Below are positions 22,375 through 30,202 of a stretch of DNA of 30,202 nucleotides, piece by piece. Location of the stretch: positions 1 through 30,202 of the forward strand of contig NW_021832918.1 in NCBI RefSeq assembly GCF_006345805.1. The letters run 5' to 3'. The DNA is from Octopus sinensis. Taxonomy: Eukaryota. Made by a program: the position numbers and the translations under genes. The notes beneath the pieces were generated by a model. That model did no database searches, was not told the DNA's origin, and saw only the letters and a program-made list of their open reading frames with translations. The stretch's first letter is position 1. Each line of letters starts with the position of its first letter.

Positions 22375-22751
22375 AGCGTGGGTGTGGGATGTGTGTGGTT
22401 CCAAGTCCAGTCTTCTACTTGTGTCTTTTATTATAGCCTTGGGCCGACTAAAACCTTGTAAATGGACTTGATACAGGGAAACTGAAAAAAAAAAAAACCG
22501 TAGTATATTTATATATATGCCTGTGTGTGTATGTTTGTGTTTGCGTGTGTGTGTGTTTGCGTGCTTGTGTCTGTGTCTGTATTTGTCCTTTACCAACGCT
22601 TATCAACCGGCGTCGGTGTGTTTACGTTCTCGTAACTTAGCAGTTCGGTACGAGAGACCAAAGGAATAAGCACCAGACATTAAAAGAGTAATGGGGGTAG
22701 ATTCATTAGACTAACAATTATTGAAGGTGGTGCCCCAGCATGGCTTCAGTC
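22375..22751 (+). mobile_element. Degenerate SINE A
   Basis: ATAGCCTTGGGCCGACTAAAACCTTGT.., internal TG tract, tail GGTGGTGCCCCAGCATGG. Confidence 0.75.
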
Positions 22752-22796
22752 TACTAAACAGTTGACTGAGGCCATCCTGGGGCACCACCTTCAATA
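22719..22796. repeat. 33-bp inverted repeat of SINE/LINE tail sequence
   Basis: 22719-22751 vs 22764-22796, 2 mismatches, 12-nt spacer. Confidence 0.9.
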
Positions 22797-22862
22797 CGAA
22801 AGAAGTCGCAGATAAAAGATAAAATGTGTACTCTTCGGTATCGAATTTCGAATAATCGTACG

Positions 22863-22908
<46 letters not shown>

Positions 22909-23004
22909 TATATATATATTATATATAACAATTTAATAAATAAAACATATGCATACATGCATATATGTACATACCTACATCTATATGTATATATACATGC
23001 ATAT

Positions 23005-23200
23005 ATGAGTACAGGACACCACAAATAAACGTAGAACCTAACGAGAAACGAAAACATAAAATCAAACAAGGAAACGCACTTTTTTTAACAACGAAAAAAC
23101 AGAGTACAAGACAAACAATACAAGGAATATTCCCCTTCATCAGCTGCCCCTGTTTCGACTCAATGCGTGTTTTGAAGGTATATAAAATAATAATAAACAA
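23005..23200 (-). mobile_element. Non-coding repeat running into a TA-rich microsatellite; carries GAAAC and CTGATGA in reversed order
   Basis: Minus strand GTCGAAACAGGGGCAGCTGATGAAGGGGAATATTCC followed by a T-rich tail; no second copy in the window. Confidence 0.3.
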
Positions 23201-23208
23201 ATGCGCCC

Positions 23209-23450
23209 TTTTTTTAAAGCCTAGCCAGGCTCATGGGCTCGGTTTCCCGGTTTCTATGGCGTATATGTTCCCCAGCTGGACGGGACGCCAGTCCATCGCA
23301 GCGATACTCATTTTTGCCAGCTGAGTGAACTGGAGCAACGTGAAATGAAGTGTTTTGCTCACGAGCACAACGCGTCGACCGGTCCAGGAATCGAAACCAC
23401 AATCTTAAGATCATGATGCTGACACCCTAACCACTAAGCCACGCGCCTCC
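23209..23450 (-). mobile_element. SINE family C, full length, V-domain-like
   Basis: Head GGCGCGTGGCTTAGTGGTTAGGGTG..GGTTTCGATTCCTGG. CTGCGATGGACTGGCGTCCCGTCCAG resembles the V-SINE central domain (recalled, not aligned). Confidence 0.8.
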
Positions 23451-23954
23451 ATTACGAGATATATCAGAAAGCAGTAAAACAAGCATCAGCGCCTCAAGAG
23501 AAAAAAATGACTTGACAACATATCTTCTGGTTTAACATGACTGAAAGGCAAACAGATATTTTTGTTGTTTGCCTTTCAGCTGTGTTTGTCAATAAAAGGA
23601 AAACGAAAGGGAAGCAAATTTTTTACTGGTTGCTTTATCTGTTTTCTCTGTCTTTCTCTTTTTACGCTCCTTTCTCGAAAATAATACAATACAAAGTGAA
23701 GTAAATAACATGATTGCTCTTACTATGACTGAAAGCAAGCAGTACAAAATTAGTTTCCCTTTCCTTTTCTTTCTGTTGGCCACTTTATACTAAGAAATGA
23801 AGGAATGCGAAATAAAAGTAAATATGACTACCATGAATCTAGTGAAAATTATCAGTAATCAATTATATATTACACAAAAAATATTTATCGTGGAAAATAG
23901 TAAGGCTTACAGTGCAGGCGTTGCATAAAAAGACCCTTCACCTCTGATATATAC

Positions 23955-24163
23955 GTGTGCGTGTGTGAATTTGTCTTTGTGTCTGTGTTTGTTCACTACT
24001 TCCGCTTGGCAACCGGTGTTGGTGGTTTTACGTCCGCATATTCATCAAAAGGGTTCAACAGAATAAGTACCCGGCTTAAAAAATGAACATTCGAGGAAAA
24101 TTCTTCACGGCTGTGCCCCAGCATGGCCACAGTCTAATGAATGATACAAGTAAAAGATAAAAG
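23955..24163 (+). mobile_element. SINE A 3' half, diverged
   Basis: GCTTGGCAACCGGTGTTGG..GAATAAGTAC..GTGCCCCAGCATGGCCACAGTC..AGTAAAAGATAAAAG. Confidence 0.75.
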
Positions 24164-24365
24164 ACATATGTATTAAATTTTGAGTTAGTGATCTCATACA
24201 TTTAATGTATGTATTACGTTTAGACGCTTTCGAGCTGCTGTATTCCGTACCAGAAAAGTCCCTTTAAGACGTAGAGTCGACTTTCCTTGTACTAAGTATG
24301 GAAGCCTTAACACGTTTAAACAAGACACATACGTCAAATATGTGACATTAATAATATATATGGCA

Positions 24366-24425
24366 AAAGGCGGCGAGCTGTCAGAAACGTTAACATGCCC
24401 GGGCGAAATGCTTAGCGATATTTCG
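24366..24425 (+). mobile_element. SINE B head fragment
   Basis: AAAGGCGGCGAGCTGTCAGAAACGTTAACATGCCCGGGCGAAATGCTTAGCG. Confidence 0.75.
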
Positions 24426-24790
24426 TTATTGCTTATTTAAGTGTGAAAGCTGAGTTTACGGAAATGAAATGTCTAAGTGGTTTAAATGCACAAATCTCCG
24501 ATAGCCAGTGGCTAAAAAGTGACAGAAATAAAAAATAAAAGGGGCGTCCAGCGGCCATGGCCTGAAAGTGGTCCGGCCCCCTTACATTTTATGAATGGCC
24601 AAAACACTTACCTGATGGCGGTATCTTCTGTGAAACCTGTTATTCAGCTCTCTTGAGAGATTCTTTCTACAATGTATACTCACACGCACTCACACACAGA
24701 CATATATACGTACACGCACGCACACACGCACACACGCACACGCACGCACACACACACACATACACACACACACACATATATATATATATA

Positions 24791-24974
24791 AAATAAAAGA
24801 AAACAAAAAAAAAACAAAAGACGAAGACAGGTGGTATAGACAACAAACAGATGTATTAGTTTAACGCTCGGGAAGTAGAAAAAGTCCTTAACATTTGGAG
24901 CCTACGCTCTTCCACAGAAAGGAACATAGAAAGAAAGAAGGAGAGAAAATAAAGAATGTGTAGTGGCTAGCGAG
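24791..24974 (-). mobile_element. Second copy of the PLE terminal segment with decayed minimal HHR (24884-24921)
   Basis: Reverse complement aligns with 17815-18005: CTGTGGA-A-GAGC(GTAG)GCTC-CAAA-TG-TT-AAGGA. The 3' end abuts (TA)n at 24790. Confidence 0.75.
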
Positions 24975-25018
24975 TGTGAGTAGATTTAGTAGACGGAAAC
25001 TGAAAGAAGCCCGTCGTT

Positions 25019-25070
<52 letters not shown>

Positions 25071-25272
25071 TTTGTGTATCTGTGTTTGTTCCCCCACCAT
25101 TAATTGAAGACTGATGTTGGTGTGTTTTACGTCCCCATAGCCTAGCGGTTCGGCAAAAGTGACGATAGAATAAGTACCAGGCATACAAAGTATAATTCCT
25201 GGGGTCGATTTATTCGACTAAAGGAGGTGCTCCAGCATGGCCGCAGTGAAAATGACTGAAAAGTAAAAGAAT
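24975..25272 (+). mobile_element. SINE A, 5'-truncated, fused back-to-back to the PLE terminus
   Basis: Starts at GTGAGTAGATTT..GACGGAAACTGAAAGAAGCCCGTCG; intact tail. Confidence 0.85.
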
Positions 25273-25274
25273 AT

Positions 25275-25567
25275 ATGCATATATTTGCGTGCGTATGTAT
25301 ATATGTATGTCTATCTATCTATATATGTATATATGTGTATATATATATATACAAATATATGTGTGTATATATACATTCATACATATATATATATACACAC
25401 ACATGTATATGTATATATATATGTATATATATATATGTGTATATGTATATGAATGTATATATATATATGAATGTATATATATATGTATGTATATATATAT
25501 ATACATACATATATATATGGATGTATGTATATATCTATATATATACACACACATAGATTTATGTGTG

Positions 25568-25610
<43 letters not shown>

Positions 25611-25630
25611 CTATATATATATATAAATAT
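25275..25630. repeat. Compound TA/TATG/CA microsatellite
   Basis: Visible. Confidence 0.97.
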
Positions 25631-25894
25631 AATATAATCTACGCCATGTAAATTACGTTATCGCTTTATTCGTATAGTTGTGTTGTTATTGGTAACATCA
25701 TGAAGATGTTTTGTATTTTAGAACTGCCATCACTTATTATAAACCTCATTTTGACATCATGTGTAGGCGGATTCTTGTCTACTTTCCAATATTTTTCCAG
25801 TAAACACTTTAATATCGGCTGACGGATGGCTGAATTGGTAGAGGTACCGGAAAATATCTTGAGGTATTTAGGTACTATCTTTTATTTTTTCGGT

Positions 25895-26020
25895 TATAGG
25901 ACTGGAACGTGCAGCACAGCCTTTAATAGGTTTAGGTCGAACAAATCGTTCCCAATACTTAATTTTAAGTTAGGCGCTTATTCTATCGGTCTTATTTGCC
26001 GAAATGCTATCTTACAGAAA
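25895..26020 (-). mobile_element. Diverged SINE A 3' fragment
   Basis: GTCGAACAAATCG..CTTATTCTATCGGTCTTATTTGCCGAA. Confidence 0.65.
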
Positions 26021-26127
26021 CTCAAAAGAAAAAAAAAAAAAAAGAAAGCAGAACAGCTTATCTAGTGGTGGTGGGGGTCACCACAACCATGTACGCACAA
26101 ACACTCACACGCACGACAGAGACATAT

Positions 26128-26170
<43 letters not shown>

Positions 26171-26172
<2 letters not shown>

Positions 26173-26315
26173 GTAAAAGTAAAAAAATACACAAACTGGG
26201 ACAAGAACGTGAAACATTTAGAAGACGACACAAAAAACACGGACGGGACTTTCGAAGCTCTCAGTCATCAGTCAAGAACCGGATCATCTTCGCAATTTCG
26301 GCTGATTAATCTTGA
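26171..26315 (-). mobile_element. Terminal fragment homologous to 6984-7129, bounded by (TA)n on both sides
   Basis: TCAAGATTAATCAGCCGAAATTGC..TTCTTGACTGATGACTGAG(A/G)GCTTCGAA shared by both copies. Confidence 0.8.
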
Positions 26316-26332
26316 CGACTCTATATATATTT

Positions 26333-26547
26333 AGGCGAGCTGGTAGAAACGTTAGCACGCCGGGCGAAATTCGTCTGTCGTTACGTTCCGAGTTCAAATT
26401 CCGCCGAGGTCGACTTTGCCTTTCATCCTTTCGGGGTCGATAAATTAAGTACCAGTTACGCACTGGGGTCGATGTAGTCGACTTAATCCCTTTGTCTGTC
26501 CTTGTTTGTCCCCTCTGTGTTTAGCCCCTTCTGGGTAGTACAGAAAT
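26333..26547 (+). mobile_element. SINE B, near full length
   Basis: Head, B-box GAGTTCAAATTCC, core GCCTTTCATCCTTTCGGGGTCGATAAATTAAGTACC and tail. Confidence 0.9.
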
Positions 26548-27104
26548 ATATGTATGTATGTATGTATGTGTGTGTGTGTGTGTGTGTGTTTGTGTGTGTG
26601 TGAGTGTATATATATATATGTGTGTGTGTGCGTGTGTACCACCGGCTTCTGTAGAGTTTCCCTCTACTAAATTCATTTAGAAAGTACAATTTGTTTACAT
26701 TGATCCACGTGTGTATTATTCATCTATCTACTTAATGATTCTTTCATCAGTTCTTCCGCAAGTAGTGTGAATACAAGTTTTGACTGACGAGATCACATAA
26801 GACAAGAACAGGTTCGGAGTTGTCGGTCGTACTTACCACAATATTTGAAAGAAGATTTTTCACGAAGTCATATTATTATTCAATATTGTATAATACCCAT
26901 TCCTCCATACAATATTCTAAATTAGTTTATTTATGGTTATTGCATTAAATAATGTTAATAATCATCTATTAAGCTTATCATATGACAATATTTCCTTATC
27001 TGTCTTTGAAATCCTCGAAAATGATTCGTTGAACATTGATAGCCAGAAGATTATCTCTTGACCATTTGTACAGCTTCATAACGTAAACATCGTCCTGATC
27101 ATAA

Positions 27105-27167
27105 TCATCAACATCATCATCGTCGTTGTCGTCGTTGTCGCCTGAAGTGGCATCGTAATCGTTTGTT

Positions 27168-27201
<34 letters not shown>

Positions 27202-27715
27202 CCGTCATCATCAGCACTGCCATCGTCCTCCTCATCGTCGTCATTATCACCATTGTGCATCGTCGTCATCGTTAATACCGTTATCCCATCGTCGTCAATC
27301 TCTTCCACTTCCTCCTCTTCCTCCTCCTCCCCTCCTCCTTCCCTCCTCCTTCCCCTTCTCCTCCCTCTTCGTCATCTCTCCTCCTCCTCCATCATCTCCT
27401 CTACCACCAGCATCACAACCACTACCACATCCTCCTCCTCACCATCATCATCTTCATCACCATCAACGCCATCAACGTTGTTATCATTATCACCATCGCC
27501 ACCACCTCCAGCACCACCACCAAACTTAGGATCGTCACACTCTTCCCTTCCTTCCCCTTCTTCCTCCTCCTCCTCCTCCTCATCATCATCATCAACATCG
27601 TCCTCTTTCTTCTCTCGCTCTTCTTCTTTTTCTTCTTCTTCCTCCCTTCCTTCTCCTCTTTCTCCTTCCCTCCTCCTCCTCCTCCTCCTCGTCGTCGTCG
27701 TCGCCATCATTAAAG
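27105..27715. repeat. (CAT)n/(CCT)n/(CGT)n trinucleotide low-complexity region
   Basis: Visible; gives poly-S/poly-D/E pseudo-ORFs. Confidence 0.92.
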
Positions 27716-28170
27716 TCAACTTGCCATCGATCTAGACCCTTGTGCCAATTATCACAATCACTCTGCCTATATACGTCAGACAATAAATATATTTAACGAA
27801 GAAGAACAAAACAAAACCCCAACAAAAACCTCTACAAAAATAGGGCAAAGTTAGTTTTTTCTGATTGCCTGAGTGTAAGTTCAGTCAAGATTACATCTGT
27901 AATGTTCACACGTGTTTTCCACGGTCCTTCTCTCGATGTCCCGTTATTGATATCTATCTTTAAGCCTTCATCGCCTTATCTTTGGCAAGCAGCAACACTC
28001 ATAATCGCCTATACAGATACTCGCGCCATGATGCTATCACGTGACCAAACAACTTGCATCCTTTTTTTTTTTATTTATCATCCGTTCACTTCCTATCCTG
28101 TCACTTGTCTCCTCATTACGACCTCCTTTTCTCCTTTCAATCATCAGCAGCTATACATGTATTGATGGTG

Positions 28171-28206
<36 letters not shown>

Positions 28207-28412
28207 TTAAGAACACACATACATAAAAACATACATACATACGTACGTAAATATATATATAGAATGGTTGTATACTGTCAATTTAACGTAACAGTAGGGG
28301 ATTGCACCGCCGCTGTTTAGCCCTAGGAAGCATCGACGCCTCCTGATGGCTTCGATACATTTTTTTTTTCCTGTGTCCTTATATATTTACGAAGGGGAGA
28401 CAAATACCCCCA

Positions 28413-28496
28413 GCAGCCAGGCCTGCATCTAGAGACACGCATGTTTCAGGATCTTTGTCCATCATCGGTCTAGAGTAGCAGAAGCCTGCCAGCTGC
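28413..28496 (-). ncRNA. Type I hammerhead-like ribozyme (U4C; U.U at the base of stem II)
   Basis: Minus strand TCTAGA-CCGATGA-T-GGA(CAAAGA)TCC-T-GAAA-CATGCGTG-TC-TCTAGA. Stem I extends via CTGC/GCAG, AGGC/GCCT and GCAGCT/GGCTGC; GUC at 28434-28436. Confidence 0.65.
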
Positions 28497-28513
28497 AGAT
28501 ATCTGTCCCGCAG

Positions 28514-28551
<38 letters not shown>

Positions 28552-28724
28552 CTGTGTGTGTCTGTGTGTTAAATAAAATGAAACAACAAAGCAAAAGCAG
28601 TTTGAAATTTTCAGGACATTTATAAAGAGAAACTTAGTCTAACACCAGTTTCTGGTATATTAGGCATATCCCTTCATCAGAGACGATGTGAGATGGTTAC
28701 ATAGGGAGAAATTATATATATACA

Positions 28725-29118
28725 TAGGCGTAGGAGTGGGTGTGCGGTAAGTAGCTTGCTTACCAACCATATGGTTCCGGGTTCAGTCCCACTTCGTAGC
28801 ACCTTGGGCAAGTGTCTTCTACTATAGCCTCGTGAGTGGATCTGGTAGACAGAAACTGATAGAAGTCCGTCGTATATATGTATATATATATGTATATGTA
28901 TGTGTGTGTGTAAATGTTTGTGTTTGTCCCCCCAACCTCGCTTGACAATCGATGCCGATGCTGGTGTGTTTACATCCCCGTAACTTAGCGGTTCGGCAAA
29001 AGAAACTGATAGGATAAAGTACTTGGCTTACAAAGAATAATTCCTGGGATCTATTTGCTCGACTAAAAGCGGTGCTCCAGCATGGCCATAGTCAAATGAC
29101 TGAAACAAGTAAAAGAGT
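28725..29118 (+). mobile_element. SINE A, full length (small internal deletion)
   Basis: Colinear with 18971-19368. Confidence 0.92.
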
Positions 29119-29481
29119 ATATGTGTGTGCTACATCTGTCAAAAGAGTGAGAGAGGATATAAGAGCCATGCTGATGGTGACGGTTGAAACATATGAAGGG
29201 TGGGTCAAAAGTCACGCACAAAATACTCACAGTACGTTCCAAGGGGCCGCCTTGTAATATTTTGTGTCTTTCTGAGACTCCTTGAGAATTACGTTAAGGG
29301 TAGGCGTGTCTGTCGAGTGCGCAACCGCTTGCACGTAAATTTCACGAGCAGGCGGTTCCGTTGATCGGATCAACCGGAACCTTCGTCGTCGTAACCGACG
29401 GAGTACCAGGAAGAAAAGGAAATATGTCAAAATCTTCACACCACCGTTTCACCACTACAATCTTCCTATCTTTTCCGCCGT

Positions 29482-30105
29482 GGAAATACGTGGCTCAGTG
29501 GTAAGGTTGTTGCACTCGTGATCGTAAGATTGTGGTTTCGATTCCTGGACTGGACGATGCATTGGGTTTTTACTCTCTTTTACTTGTTTCAGTCATTTGA
29601 CTGTGTCCATTCTGGAGCACCGCCTTTAGTCGAGCAAATCGATCCCAGGATTTATTCTTTGTAAGTCTAGTACTTATTCTATCGGTCTCTTTTGCGGAAC
29701 TGCTAAATTACGGGGACGTAAATACACCATCATCGGTTGTCAAGCGACGTTGGGTGGGGACTAACACAGACACACAAACATATATACACACACACACATA
29801 TATATATATACATACATATATACGATGGGCTTCTTTCAGTTTCCGTCAACCAAATCCACTCACAAGGCTTTGGTCTGCCCGAGGCTATAGTAGGAGACAC
29901 TTGCCCAAAGTGCCACACTGTGGGAATGAACCCAGAATCATGTGGTTAGTAAGCAAGCTACTTACCCCACAGTCACTCCTGCACCTTTTTGAACATGACG
30001 TTTCAATTTTACGTTGCTCCAGTCCATTCAGCTGGCAAAAATGAGTAATCCTTCGACGGAATCCGGGAAACCGACCCCTTTGAGCCTATGGCTCGGGAAG
30101 GTCCT
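29482..30105 (+). mobile_element. SINE C interrupted by a SINE A insertion
   Basis: Head 29482-29570 and continuation TTACGTTGCTCCAGTCCATTCAGCTGGCAAAAATGAGTA from ~29990 are colinear with 23209-23450. Confidence 0.75.
29571..29986 (-). mobile_element. SINE A, full length, nested in SINE C
   Basis: Reverse complement of the SINE A consensus; T-runs at both junctions. Confidence 0.9.
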
Positions 30106-30202
30106 TTGATCCCTCGTTTTGAGCTTCCTTACCACCATCTTTCCCATCATACACCAATGCCACCACCACGATGCCTTCTATTATACCACAATTATAGCAC
30201 TA

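Noticed and set aside
27000-27110. KLYKWSRDNLLAINVQ (-) resembling the LINE RT motif WxxxNxLxxN
   Set aside because: Too short, with no YADD at the right spacing and no flanking RT motifs.
27117-27783. 190-aa Ser/Pro-rich and acidic D/E-rich ORFs
   Set aside because: Trinucleotide low-complexity DNA open on both strands; no domain or splice support.
29165-29200. CTGATGG..GAAACATATG motif; also CTGATGA-TT-GAAA near 28135 (-) and CTGATGG at ~24612
   Set aside because: Stems I/II missing or U16.1 absent.
29351-29410. HDV-like ribozyme fold
   Set aside because: Could not assign P2 and P3 consistently; two simple hairpins explain the sequence better.

Overview
Eukaryotic, AT-rich, repeat-dense non-coding DNA. 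The SINE and microsatellite landscape is best explained by an octopus/cephalopod genome, an inference from repeat style rather than a database hit. No intact protein-coding gene is supported, and nearly all listed ORFs are microsatellite read-throughs. Recognisable parts are about 25 full or partial copies of four tRNA-head SINE families, two 5'-truncated 3' ends of CR1/L2-group LINEs, a Penelope-like element (PLE) remnant with a GIY-YIG endonuclease, and many microsatellites. The most notable signal is a set of type I hammerhead ribozyme (HHR) motifs in short non-coding elements that abut (TA)n tracts. The main one is a ~465-bp monomer in a head-to-tail plus inverted array (2357-3847) with one HHR per monomer, the architecture of a non-LTR retrozyme (circular-RNA retroelement). 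Further unrelated HHRs lie at 18300-18397 (canonical core), 28413-28496, 1602-1697 and 17877-17915/24884-24921. The window also shows a SINE 3' tail shared with the LINE tail at 21666-21723, with compensatory stem-loop changes. All RNA structures were folded by eye and ribozyme activity is untested. Copies in 2.3-4.3 kb differ mostly by 1-nt indels, so long-read or assembly artefact cannot be excluded there.
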